Assembly: GCF_018977255.1 (NCBI RefSeq)
Contig: NW_024704744.1
Location: forward strand, 36,332,001 to 36,396,000
Direction of reading: 5' to 3'
DNA: 64,000 bases
DNA from: Callorhinchus milii
Taxonomy: Eukaryota
Below are positions 41,213-54,458 of the stretch, piece after piece (position 1 is the stretch's first letter; every line of letters begins with the position of its first letter). The translations under genes were made by a program, and so were the position numbers. The notes beneath the pieces are model-generated. The model had not been told where the DNA came from, ran no database searches, and was given only the letters and a program-made list of their open reading frames with translations.

Positions 41213-44200
41213 GTTGGGATAAAATGTGTATCAAGATGCAATTTAAAACCAGACAGAACAAACCTGGTCTTGAGAATATCGACAGAATAGTGCTCTGTCA
41301 CTCCCGAAGGCATTTGACTCATTTTCCCCCCCAATCTGCCAGGTATCTTTCTACTCCAACTAAGCTATGGGTTCATTAGGTACCAAGCAAGTCACTAAAT
41401 AGCCTTTATTCATGTGTGAGCCTTGATAGTACATTCTAGTAGGCTATTCAATCATAGAACCATGGGAAGCTATCACACCCAAGCCAAACCATCTCATGAC
41501 CAGACATCCATGTATACACAGCTTCCAGCACAGGTCCTTGGAGAGCAGTCAGCAGTAGGAACTTTGGCTGATTTCTTTCTCTCTGATCCAGAGGTGCCAA
41601 GGCCAACTGTATCTTCCCAATTGCCCTGACTGTGATGATCTATCTCAGCATGGATTGGAATTCGAAACAGACAATTTCTTGTCTGGATGATCTACTGCTG
41701 CACCATGTCATCGGGGAGCTGGAAGGATATCTATTTTTAGCAATCAATGAAAACTGGACCCTATTGGAGTCTAAAAGCATTGCTTTACAAAATAATTCAC
41801 CAGCAGTGACTCAGTCAGTACTATGAAATCCAATGGATAGGGAATTATCCTTTGACCAAGTGATATTCTATGACCAAGTTTTTGATTTGATTTTTAACAT
41901 TGTCATTGGATATCAACATTTATTTTCTCATTTTGTTTTGGACTTTAGTGATCTTTTCAACAACAAAAAGGGTCAAGTTCCCATCGGCACAGCACTCAGG
42001 AAGTAATGTCCTTGATGACTCGGACATGGGCCTTTTTTGTAGTTTAAAATGATAAAAAAATGTTTTAAAAAATTGTTCAATGATGCAATTAGGTTTCTTC
42101 GATTTGGAGAATCAACGTTTATCATAAGTTTAATTAATACCAAAGATAGGTGTCAGTCTGGCTCAGTTGATAGCATTCACTCTTGCCTCTGAATCATTAT
42201 GATTGTGGGTTTAAGCCCTATGTCAGGACACTCCAATACTAAGTGGATGGTTGATTCAGAGAGCCGACACAAATACAGTGTACCAAATGGCCTCCCTATG
42301 CACTGTAAACTTCTGTGATTTAATGATACCACTGCTGAGAATTTATAGAGTACCAACATTAAGTAATGAAATGGAGGCGTGCTAATGCAAATTAGCATTC
42401 CTGTGTAATTTACTAGACTGCCACTGATCTGCAAATTACTACTGTATGTAGAACGGAATTACAGGAATTTCAGACTCCTGTTATTGACCCACAAACAGGA
42501 TATGTATTACATCAAATTGCCATTGATTTATTTTAGAACTGCTGTGATTTCTCAAAAACACAAACAATGTTAGCATGAGAAATCACACCCTTTAACCTCC
42601 GAGAATAAAAATGCATGGAAGTTGATTTTCACTTGGGAATTGAATGGAACGTACTGCTCAAATATTTTTAGGTTCATGTCAGATTCTTCGAGTCTAGGAG
42701 ATCATTGGCTTTTGTCCACTTCAATGCATGCTGTAAACTTTTTGGTCCTTTAAGGAACATTATTTTCCTCAAAGGTTTCTGAGCTTATGCCATACCCAAA
42801 CTCTTTTGTCGATATGATATGGACCTCTGTAAAAACTCTGAGCTCTGACTTAAAAGTAGATCCTAGCCAAGCAAAAAATTACACCTGTGTATTACTGAAG
42901 GCTATTTTCAAATACATTCAAATGTCCTTAATAATGTAATCAACCATCAATGAAAAATATTGCAGAGAATTCTGTAACCTATTTCATTGTTAACTACACT
43001 GTTAAAGGCATCTGTAAACATGTACCTCGGAGTTGCACTCTGAGACGCTGTCCTGCATGAAGGGTACAACTTAACTGCAAGTTGTTGTTGTTGGTGTATG
43101 CGTCTGAATATTGTTAGCTTATGAGCTGTTAGTTCAACTCACATTTTAAACCCTATTGTTAATTGTTATTTGAAATTTCATGAAATTGTGAGCTGTGCAA
43201 CTTTAGGTTTCCCATCTCTTGGAGCATGATTTATCACTGCATTGCTTTTCAGAATCAAATAAATGGAACATAACACCTGATAATTTAAAGGCATTGAATC
43301 CATTAAGGTATTTAATCCATTGAGCCTTCTTTAGACAAATATGCAATATTTTACTCTATTTTGTATTCCACACAATGTATTTCATTGGCTCACACAAATT
43401 GCTGTGAACTTTCTCCTTGATCCAGAAAGATAATCAAGTGCAACTCTAGATTTTCAATGTAACCAGCTATCTTTCATTATTCAGCCTTTGACCAGTTGCT
43501 TCCCACAGATGGCATTTTGTTGGTCCCAGCAGCATAGGAACTATTATGTTCCACAAGGTATTCAATCATCTCTGACCATGCTTATCATTAGAGCCTTCAA
43601 TTATGCCCGTAACAAGATATTCATCGAGCTCTTCTAAAGGAGTTAATCAACACAAAAGTTGCTGCTTCTGCTGGGGGTCTACTCCATGTATTCAATGCAG
43701 TGTATAAAAATAATATTTTACTACCTTCTACTTTGGTTTAAAACTTATTAATTTTAAACCTTCATCATCTTGTTCTGTGTTCGCAGTTCAAGAAATAGAA
43801 ATAGGTTGTTCTTTTCAATGTCTCTTGGTATTTAAAAGCCACAAATTATATACCTTTATCATCTTCTCCAGAGTAAATGCAGTTTAAATTCTGAATTCCC
43901 TTAGGTAATCTTATAATCCTATGTCTTGGAAACATGCTTGTATCCCAAACTGCAAAAGTTGCAAAACTTTTTTAAAAAAAACAAATGTAGTCTCACTAAT
44001 GACTGATACAGAATTAACATAACTGTTATGATTGACACCCAAGTTGTCTCAACGACCATGCAATAAAACTCTAATATTGTTGTTGATTTACGGAAGTGAA
44101 ATGGATTTGCAGTTAATAAGGAAAACAATTGCAGGGAGCTTTAGCTTATATCAACCTGCATCACAGAGATTGCTTCACGGCTAATTTGTTTCTTTGCCTG

Positions 44201-45004
44201 AACCTCTTACTTGAGGACCTGGATTATGCAATCGGTGTCCAGCAAACTTGGTCCATGGCGTTTGATTTCAACCTCAAGGCCGAAGGTCATGAACTAAACT
44301 GCAAAGGCCTCCTATCATACTGAAGGTAGGCTTTCATCAAAAGATTAGCACGGAAATTCTGAGGCTTGGGACAGAAGCTGCCCACAGACAAGACCTGTAA
44401 TGTAAATTCATAAACACATTTGTAGGTGGATCACTGAGCTAATATAGCTTCTGTTTCACACCTCTGACTGGGAGTCATTTTCAATGGGTTACAATGTGTA
44501 CTGGTTATAGTTTGGGTGAGAATTAAGTCAGACTCTTTATGTACAGCTCTATTGTTCACTGAGTCACTGGTACCGACTATTTGTCTAGTTTGTCACTTGT
44601 CAAATATCCAAACTGTGACTACGCTCAACTGGGCGGGAGGAAGAGGATGAAGAGAGATGAGCAGAAATTTTTCTGGAGTGTGTTTCTGAGTCCATTATCT
44701 ATTGTGATTTGATATCTGAGCCAGGCAAGTTTGCAGTACTGCAGAGTATTGTTGTTGAATGTTTAGACTGCCTAACCTATCAATGGGAGAGTTGGGACAT
44801 TTTAACTACAGATTGGAAGATGTACAGATCTGTTTCTTACTTGGCTCCTAATAATCCCTGAAGCTATTGCCGAATGGATATGGTAGTCAGAATTGGACAA
44901 AAGAAAGGAAGTATACCATTAGCAAGTTGTGTAGTTTAGCTAGTTGTACTCCAACAGCTTCCCCCAAAAGATATTTTGGGGTCCTAATACTAGATTCTGC
45001 CAAT

Positions 45005-45360
45005 GTAACAACTTTATATTTATATAATGGTTTTTATATTGGAAGTATGTCTCAAAGCACTTCAAGCAGTTGATTGGAAGCCAAAGTTGGGGTGGGATGC
45101 GGAACCTAAAACACAGTTAAAAAGAAAGGTCTTCAGGCAAACTCAAAAGATGGGAAGGGAGTTCTAGAGAACGGGGCAGAATGGTTGAGAGCTTGGCCAC
45201 TGTCAATGGTGGTTATCAGGTGGGAGACAGGCAGCAAATCGGTGAGCTGAGCAGAGGCAACGATCAAGGCGATAAGTTTGCAGGAGATCACAGCGATAAG
45301 GGGAGGCAAGACCAAGACGGAATTGAACATGAGGATCAGGATCTTGAATTCAAATGCACT
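45005..45360 (-). mobile_element. Decayed L2 3' end
   Basis: FEFKILILMFNS motif; tail acaactttatatttatataatgg. Confidence 0.7.
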
Positions 45361-46782
45361 CCTGGGTTCTCTGAGCATAGACAAGCAGAATGTGTTTCCT
45401 CTTCGCTTTTCAGAGAGAGTTGATACAGTCTATAAATGTCAATCTAAAACTTTGCTTTTCTGCATTTAAAGGCAGGAACTGGACACTGTAACCACAGAAA
45501 AGGTTTCCATATGTCAGACACCTGGCTGACCAAAAAAAAACAGATAATTGTAAACCTGTATAGCATTCACTCTTCTTTTGTATTCATTGTTCCTTGCTGT
45601 GTCCATGCTCAGGCTTCTGGTTGACCAGATACATTGGGTTTGACTCTCAGCAATGTTTCTTTGCTGGCTAACACTCTGAAATATAATTTGATGTCCTACT
45701 CTTCCAGCAAAATAGGGGCTGGTTGCTTAAGTTGGTGTCAGAAGGGTCAAAGGTTATGTATGCTCCTGACTTCCATAGATTTATTTACAACTTCTAGTGA
45801 TCTGAAATGTAGGTTTAAGGTCTGTGAACTTGGAGCACATCATCTGTTAGCTGCTTGTGGGGTAGGGGATAATTCCTTTTTTTTCGGGATTTTGTATTTC
45901 CTCCGAGCTCATTGTTTACTTGAGACATTAATGCGTTTTGTGAGTCAGACATAAACACTGGCTGATGATTTCTGACTGGAGCTAAGGAACAGTAAATATT
46001 TAAAACTAAGAAATAAGGTCTGCTTGAATCTGGCACTGGCAGAAGTCATGCTTTGGCACTGTCCCTTTGACTGCCTACAGCTACATTAACATGTCTTGCT
46101 TCAGCTTCATTTTTGACACCAGCTTGGGACATAGTATCTAGGCGTATTGTGTTTCTCAGGTGACAGATGCTCTTGTCAGGTAAGCATGTCCTGTTCTCTA
46201 ACAACAGCAAAGGAAGATCAAGCATGGCTTCTATCAAATATCAAGCTCTCCAAATGTCTTGGGATTACAAAAAAACACAACTCAACGGAGACTGAGAGAA
46301 AAAGAGACAGCTTATGAACAGTATGAAAACAGACCAAACACTCTGACACCACTACCAGGAAGCAGAGTGCTCCAAGGGAAATCTCCTTAGCTGACACAAG
46401 CCAAATACATGAGATTTTATTTGTTCCATGAAGAGGCTCTCTAAAATATAACTATTTTCAAAATGAATTGCTAAAAAAAGGCTAGCTGCTTTTGACACCA
46501 CTAGAATGGTTTGAGATTCTAAAGGGAACTGAACAAACCTGTTGAAACAAATGTTTTAGATAGCAGTTAATGAGTTGGAAATGTGTGAAACATATTTACC
46601 CTCGCCTGCCTTCTTTAGCTCCATGCATGCAAACATGGCAGAAATAATCTACCAGAGAAAGGCTCAGCTAAGCAGCAGTCACAGGAACAATTATAAAGGA
46701 CCAATTTCTGCAATGCATATGATGTGACTTGAAATCACAGAATTGAATATTTCCATATTAGTATTGTTATAACGTTAACAAT

Positions 46783-47016
46783 TCAGCCACTATGCCCTGA
46801 ATCTCTGGAACACGCTCCCTCAATCCCTCCGCCTTGACCCCTCTCTCCCCTTTTTCAATTCCCGCTTGATGACCTTCCTTTTCAACCATGCTTACAGTCA
46901 CCCAAACCCCCCACCCCTCCACCCCCCCGGCTCAGAGTCAGGCTCCCCCACTGTTAAGCGATCTGAGACACTACTCTGCGCGGAAACCGTTATATGAGTG
47001 CAATTTGTTGTTGTTA
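46783..47016 (+). mobile_element. L2 3' end (third tail type)
   Basis: tcagccactatgccctgaatctctggaac...cactgttaagcgatctgagacactac...gcaatttgttgttg; similar to 56320-56720. Confidence 0.8.
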
Positions 47017-49099
47017 ATATTCTACCACCTTAAATGCAATTTTTTTCGAGATTATTTAGAAAATGGGGTTGCCAAAATACTCCACAAACTTTCTAATACA
47101 AGTTGTGCTCGGAATGATTGTGCAAAGAAGCTACAAAATGTAATGACTATTCATTTATGCTTCTTAAATTTACCTGAAAGTGCCATTTTTGAATTGCCAT
47201 ATAATTCTTGTGTTCTATAATGTAAACATTTGACAAGTCGCAAGTGTAACTCAAGTCAGCTCCATTAAAAATTAAGGTGCATTGGTATTCCCCAATGCTT
47301 TTTTATTTTAAAAAATCTGTATGTAAAACTATGTTGTGCTTGCCTCATGGGTCTTAAATAACATGTCATTGAAAACTCCCTTTTCTCACCTATTGTCCAG
47401 TATGTGTCCCTAAGGTTTAATTATATAACATAGTAGTTCTTGCCAAATTGTGAAATTATCATGTGGGTTTTTTTCAGGGTTTAACATGGCTTTCTGTCTG
47501 CAACTTTTACCTTACGTGAATAGGCTGAGCAATATAATATTGTTACAGATTCATGTGGCTATTTAAAGCCATTAGCTTAATAAAGTAAAAATATTAGTGT
47601 GATCTGTATAAAAAGCAGGTTAGAAAAATAGGTTATAATTGCAGCATAACACTGATGTAGCCTACTAAGTGTAGCTATGTGAAAACTCCTCATATAATCT
47701 AGACATTATTTTCACTGTATTATGACAGCTTTCGCAAGAATTGTTGGATTTTTTTTAAAAGAAAGGTCTTATTTCTATTCATATTAAAGTGAGAGAAATT
47801 ATTTTGTGTGGCAACATAATTATAGTCGTTTGTAAGCATCAAAATCTAATGTAATTATGTTGTCAAATGCCAAATAATAATTAGGTTTATTGTGTTAAAA
47901 TGCAAGAAAAGGGTAAGTGACAATTTAATTTTAGCTTTATGAGTCAGTTTACCATTGCAACAAGGAAGCTTGTTAAAAATGTATCAAGAAACCGACATTT
48001 CTTGCAGGATATTTTCAGATAAGAACTGTAGAGTTGTAAGCACTGAATAGAGCAGATGTGTCCAGGAAAGTCTAAAGCTTTTGCCAAGTTCCACAAAGAT
48101 TGCTTAATCATCGAACATAATATTGAGGAAACTTTATTGTTCAAGATACTGTTTCAAAAAAAACCCTGTTTTGTGATTATAAGCAAATGCCTTTTGTTCT
48201 GCTTAATTAATGTTTGAGTCAGCAACTGAATAAAAATGGTTGGAGTGAGCCTTCCTTCATAAAGTGGTAAACACCGTTAATTGTGTCTGATAATGTGCAA
48301 TGTCCTTTGAAAGTCAATTCAATTTTAAAAGGTGAATATGATGGTTAAAACAATACTGTCTTTGAATGGATTCAAAAACATTTTACAATTTTTAATATAT
48401 TTTGAAATCGAACGCAAAGGAGTACAATATGCACAATATGCAATTGAGATGATTCATGGCAGCATTACTTCAGAAGCAAGCAGCACACAACAGAATACTC
48501 AATAAAATTTTCTGTGGGAAATTAAACAGCTTGCTGTTTGTATGAGGAGTTGAAATGAAATTATCTGATGTTACTAATCCCTCTCCCTAATATGTCACTT
48601 GATTCCATGTTCTTCTAAATGTAAATTCTAAGATTTATTTTCCAAAGGGGACTGTATCTGTTTAAATGTATGTCAAATGGTCTTTATTTTAATGGATGAT
48701 TTTATCTACATTATTTGTGTAACACAAGCTGCAGTTATATTAGTGAGAGTAAAGCTGCTTCAATCCCAGCTGTATAATTTTGTGGATATACAGCAATTGT
48801 AGTTTCATGCTGCCTGCTCCACATCACTTTCAATTGGGGATGGAAAAAAGGCAAAGGCACAATTTGTGGCATTCTGTGTGACCATCTCTTTTTAAAACAC
48901 AGTTCTTTCAAGACCTAATATGAATCACACAGCTCCCCAAACCATTTTCTCCAGTTGGTATCGGGAGTACAGCTCCAATATGATTTGCTTTGTCTCCGAA
49001 CTTGTTTGTACTGCAGATTTACCACAATTGCAGCAACTTCACAGCTATATATAGAGTATCACCGCAGCATTAGGACAGACATTCATTTCTATACAATGC

Positions 49100-50400
49100 A
49101 ATACAATTTACACTTATATAGTGCCTTTCATGCTGGATGGATGTCACAGAGTGCTTGACAATTCCGACTGGGCACCAGAACTGCAGATGGGAGCTGAGGG
49201 GACGATCAAGAGGTGAACAATGATCAAATGCACAGACTAGGAGATATTTTTCGAGTTGCATCTTGAAAGAGGCCAGGGAGGGAGAGAGCAAGTTGAAGGA
49301 ATTTAGAAATAAAGTTCCAGAGAACGGGCGGCAAATGGCTGAAAGTCTGTCGGCCAATGATGAGGCATATAGAGCAGGGGATGTGGAGTAGGCCAGTGTT
49401 GGCCGAGCAAAAGGAACAGCCAAGTTGGTAAGGCGGAAGGAGGTTGCAGAGGTAGGATGGGGCAAGACCCTGGAGTTAATTAAAGATGAGAACAACTGTC
49501 TTGACCTTGTCCCACTGGGTATGGGGGATATTGTGGTTCTGGGCTGGTTTCGCAAGTTAGAATGTTCAGCTGTGAAGGTTGATATTGTCAGCCCTTAGTG
49601 AGAAGGTACTAATGGGAGCATAGCATGAGAGCCTTAGTGTTGTCAACATTCAGCTGGAGAAAGTTCAAGCTCAAACAATGCTCACCAAACAGTCAGAACA
49701 ACAGAGTCGAGAGTGGAGGCAGAGAGATCTGTATACATGTGGAATTGAACCCCACGTCTGTGTAGGAAATTGCAGAGGAGGAGCTTATAGATATCGAAAT
49801 GAAAAATAACAAGCATAGAGCTGTAAGAAACACCACAGGTGACTCTGTGGGGCAGAATGAGAAGCCGATGGATGAGATAAAGTAGAGATGCTGGGATAGG
49901 TAGGATTGAAACTAGGATAGGACAGAACCATTGAGGTGGAGCATAGAGAAGCAGTGGAGAAAGATGGAGTGGTCAACAGAATCGAAGGTAACAGAGAGAT
50001 CAATGAGAAAAGGAAGCAGAGAGAGCCCTGGTCATAGATAGAGAGAACGGCATTGGTGTCTTTGACCAGGGTAGACTCGGTGCTCTGGATGGGACAAGAA
50101 CTGGACTAGAAGGGTTCAAACAGAAAGAGTGAAGCTGAGAGGCAATGATTCTTTCCAGTGCCTTAGAGAAGAAAGGCAGGTTAAAGATGGTCAGTAGTTC
50201 AAGAGCAAGCAAAGGTTGAGGGAACGTTTTTTTAGAAGTCAGGTGATGATGACAGTTTTAAAGGAAGCAAGAATAATGTCAGAAAGAGAAATATTTACAT
50301 TATCTGCAAGCAGGGAGCAAGGAGGTGAAGCTGGGAGGAAACAAGAAGTGGGTTTTATGTGGGAGATGAAGGAAGAGAGAGATACAGCAGAGATAGGATA
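49100..50400 (-). mobile_element. Decayed L2 with RT remnants
   Basis: NLPFFSKALERIIASQL and a frameshifted FEPF/QS-like segment; 3' tail at ~49100-49160. Confidence 0.8.
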
Positions 50401-51920
50401 GAAGGACATTAAGTTTGATAGTTATTTATGTACCCTCAGTATTGTAATTTGTCAGATGATCCCACTAACATTTAGTCCGGAAAGTACTCCAGGTGTTCTG
50501 ATTTGCCCAGTTTATTATGTTGTGTATTTGTCAATACGTGTATATCTAAATTCTTTTGATTTAATAAAATGTTTATATCTTGTGCATAATATTTCGCAAT
50601 GGAGGGTTGCATTGCTGCATGGAATCATATTAGCACGGGCATATACATTGTGTTACATATTTGAGTCCTGATCAGTTTGAACATGATCCATGAGTTGGAA
50701 ATTCAATTGGATTAGTGTCTGATATAGGCTCAAATTTAAGATTAGAAAGCTTCTCCCACATTCCCTACTTTAATTCCCTCATGAATTAAGTTGACATAAT
50801 TTCTATTTAAGATGTGAACTTTATTTACTTATTTTCCAGAACGCATTCCAGCTTAACCTTCCTCCATGCTCCAGTAGTAAGTTCCCCATTTCTACTGGAA
50901 GTGTGACAGTCTGTCTGTGAGTAACTTGAAGAAGTGAGATATCGAGCCACCTCCTCAACTTCTCAAAGGAGAAGAAAAATGTTCCCCCTGAGTATGTTCC
51001 CAACTGTGCAAATCCCATTATAAAGATGGAGCCATCTTATTAACTGTCAAGGTCAGGATTTCTTTCATAGCAATCTCTTGGGTGATTTGAATAGATCTGA
51101 TTTGGTTCCCATTTGTATTTCCTCCTTTTCAAATCCTCAAAATGCTGCCACTTTGTTAGTTGTAATAAGACCTTTAGGGAGATTCAATGGAATAATCGGC
51201 CTAAGGAAACATCCTTGAGTTTCCCTTCCAGCCCGAAACAGCCTAATGTTGGGATTGGTTGATAAACCAACATTGCAATGTGTGGATTTGAAAACAGGTT
51301 GCTGCATAAAAGGATTAAGATGACCAGCTGTCTTATTTTTATATCATTATAATTGAATTATTAACCTGGAAGCTCTATCCTTTAGCAAAAATATTAGAAA
51401 TAATTTGAAAATATTCTTAAGAATTTTGACTGATATGCTTGGAGGGTTCATCTTAAAAGTATAATTGAACCTGGGCATGATATTCAGTTTTATTAAATCT
51501 ACCTTCCTGGATAATGAAAGCGTTGAGTTTCAATCAGAATAGATAATCTCTATTTGTGCACTGCAGTGCCTTATAATTAAACTCTCTGATGTTAGTAGGA
51601 TGGGAACAATCTTAATATTTAAGTATGAGGTCTAAAATCCTTTGACGAAGAAATGTTCATCAACTTTTCAATGGCTAAGATTTAAATTATTCCTGTCAAT
51701 ATGTTAACCTGAAAGAATGATGTGAGGCAGCAAATTATCAAACTTTCAGATCTTTTATAAGTAGATTATTAGGTAGATCCTTGATCCCTAACATTAGTGC
51801 CCTGAATGTAATGATTTATCTAGAAAACTGGTGACGCCAACACTAAAATGCAGTAAACTACAGTAATTTTTAATCCTGAGATTAAAAGGAAAGAAACGTT
51901 CTAAAATAACTTGCACTTTG

Positions 51921-52206
51921 TAGTCCTGTAGCTCAGTAGTTAGAGCATTCGCTTTGCAAGCGAGAGACCTGAGTTCAATTCCAGGTCAGGGCGAAACTTT
52001 GGGCAAGTTTCCTTACTCCACACGCCTAATAATAATCCCTCCAAAACAAAACAATAATAAATTGGTCATTTTCAATCTACGACTGTTTGTGGCAATTGGC
52101 TGCCGCGTTCGCCCACAAATATACAGTCAATTCACTTTACAGCGTGTTCTGTGAAGCGCTTTGGGACGTCCTCCCAACATGAAAAGCGCTATATCAAAAT
52201 GCAAGG

Positions 52207-52240
<34 letters not shown>
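51921..52240 (+). mobile_element. tRNA-derived SINE, short subfamily, long (ATT)n tail
   Basis: tagtcctgtagctcagtagttagagc...gagttcaattcc; about 11 ATT units at 52207-52240. Confidence 0.92.
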
Positions 52241-52241
<1 letters not shown>

Positions 52242-52816
52242 TTGTCAGATGTCCTTTGACCATTTAATGACTATTCCTCTTGAGAAAGGTGGGGTGATAA
52301 GTGATATCTCCTTGGTGTTCAACTGACTCCAAGATATCATGTTTGGCAATGGAATATAGAAATCAAGTCAATCCTCTATGGTGGTCTTAAAGTGCGATTC
52401 CTGAGCCAGACAGATCCATAGCACTGCAAGCACTGCTGATGACAGACCGGCCAACCTGGCTTGTCAACAGATCTTGGAGGGGCAGACCAGTGGCAGAGAT
52501 TCTTCCCTCATCTTTTGTTAACCCTGCAAGCCAAAGACCTAATGGGTAGGGGGTCCTAGCTGGACAAGCAGAAGGAATCTTGCCAGACAGTTTCACAGTG
52601 GCAGCAAATTCAGTTTTAGCTGATTAAACTCCAGCAGTACCTCAACACACCCTTTGGGTTACCTAAGCCTTGACTTCTGTCAACTTTTACCTAATACTTC
52701 ACAGAATTAGTTAAGCAGGCTGTATCTATCCAGGGAGAAAGGGCACATTTCATTCCAAATACGTGGGTAATGTCCATATGTAGGTGATATACTCAATCTT
52801 TGACTATTTGGTCAGA

Positions 52817-52987
52817 TTTGGTCACTCAATCAATGACTGTTTGTGGAACACTGCTGTGTGCAAATGGCTGCCACGTTTCACCCACAAAATACACAGTGAA
52901 TTTACTTTACAGTACATCCTGTGAAGCGCTTTGAGACGTCTCAACGACGTGGTAAAGCGCTTCATCAAATACAAGGATTATTATTAT
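52817..52987 (+). mobile_element. SINE 3' fragment
   Basis: tttggtcactcaatcaatgactgtttgtgg...aaatacaaggattattatt. Confidence 0.85.
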
Positions 52988-53085
52988 ATCCATAGGTGGA
53001 ATTCTGAGCCTGGTTTAGATACTCTTAAACATGGCAACTGGCTTTTTGCATGTGTCAGATACCCAGCGGACAAAATAAGAAGTTG

Positions 53086-53520
53086 CTAATTTGTATTCAC
53101 TTTACAAAGTTGAGTCCAACAACAAACTTTTCCAGCATTTAAAACGAGCTGCTCCCACTCAACCCTGTCAAATCCCTTCTCTGCATTCAAACACAGTACC
53201 ATTAGGTGATTGCCTGAGATGCTCTGTGAATTAAGTGGAACAATCTGTCCATGCTTTTCTGGTGCCAAATATCCTTTTACTAATCCTACCTGATTCTTAT
53301 GTTAAGGCACTCTCTAACTGAATAGCTTTGGCAATTAATTTGTAATTAACATTTGGCAGCGGTTTAGGATAGTAGATTTTGTACATTTTGGCATCTTTCT
53401 CAGATTGACAGCATTTTAACAGAATGAAGGTTTGTGTCAATTTAAGACTACATAAGGTCCATTAATATTCTCTGTAATGCATTACTACCAGTGGGTCTGG
53501 GTCTATGTGGTGTAAACATA
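53086..53520 (-). mobile_element. Decayed L1/Tx1-type reverse-transcriptase fragment
   Basis: LMVLCLNAEKGFDRVEW resembles SLDAEKAFDRVEW; upstream YYPKPLPNVNYKLIAKAIQLESAL...NQVGLVKG resembles YRPISLLNVDYKILAK...DQTGFIKG. Confidence 0.75.
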
Positions 53521-54017
53521 TTTTTAAACCTACAAAACAATCATTATACTTCTTGTTCTGGCACACCCTTTCATTCTGTTCCAAGCTTTCCCTATTTAAT
53601 TCAGTGAAAAGGATTTATAAAGATTTGTATTTTGAATCCTGTCTGTTATGACATTTATAGAATCTTCAGAAAGTAATCTCTCTCTCTCTCCCTCCCTCTC
53701 CCTCTGCTTCTTCAGTCTTTTGATTTGTGTATTCTTGTATTCAATGAGTTAAAGGCTACTGATGGGAAAAAATCAGGGTCAGGTAATTGATGCACAAAGT
53801 GATCATATTTAGACTTTTTAAAATCATATTTAGTGTAAAGGTGGCCAGTATGTACATACCTTCAGCATTTTAACAGAATGAAGACACATACCTTTTCTGT
53901 CAATCTGAGAAACATACAAATTCCACTATGCTAAACTGCTGCCAGATACTAATTAAAAATTAATTGCCAAAGCTATTCACTTAAAGAGTGCCTTAACATA
54001 AGAATCAGGTAGGATTA
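53281..54017. repeat. Long inverted repeat, arms 53281-53411 and 53897-54017
   Basis: taatcctacctgattcttatgttaaggcactct... is the reverse complement of ...agagtgccttaacataagaatcaggtaggatta. Confidence 0.92.
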
Positions 54018-54044
54018 CAGCAATAATAATAATCCGAAATATTA

Positions 54045-54458
54045 ATTATTGCATTTTATATAGCACCGTTCACATTAAGAGGATGTCTCAAAGTGCTACA
54101 CAGCATTTATTGTAAAGTTCAGTGACTGCACGTTTTGTAGACAAATGCAACAGTCAACTTGCACACGGCAAAGTGCAATGACCTGAATGACCAATTTGAT
54201 TTTGGGGACTGTGGACTGGGATATTGGGAGGAACACCCTACTCATTTCAAGTTATGCCATGGGATCTTTGACACCCACCTGAATAGGCAGACAGGTCCTC
54301 AGTTTAATGTCTCATTTAAAGGACAGCAACAATGCAGCACAACCCACACTGCAATACAGTCTCAGCATAGACTATATGAGTTCAAAGTCCCGACATATGG
54401 TTTGAGGCCACCATCTTCTGACTCAGAGGCAAGAAAGTTACCAACTGAGCCAAGCTGA
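54045..54458 (-). mobile_element. Older Deu-type SINE
   Basis: Core tgccatgggatctttgacacccacctga; head tctgactcagaggcaag...ccaactgagccaagctga. Confidence 0.75.

Noticed and set aside
46159-46180. Possible microexon tttctcag|GTGACAGATGCTCTTGTCAG|gtaagc
   Set aside because: It is 20 nt and frame-shifting, with no partner exons; splice-like words are expected by chance.
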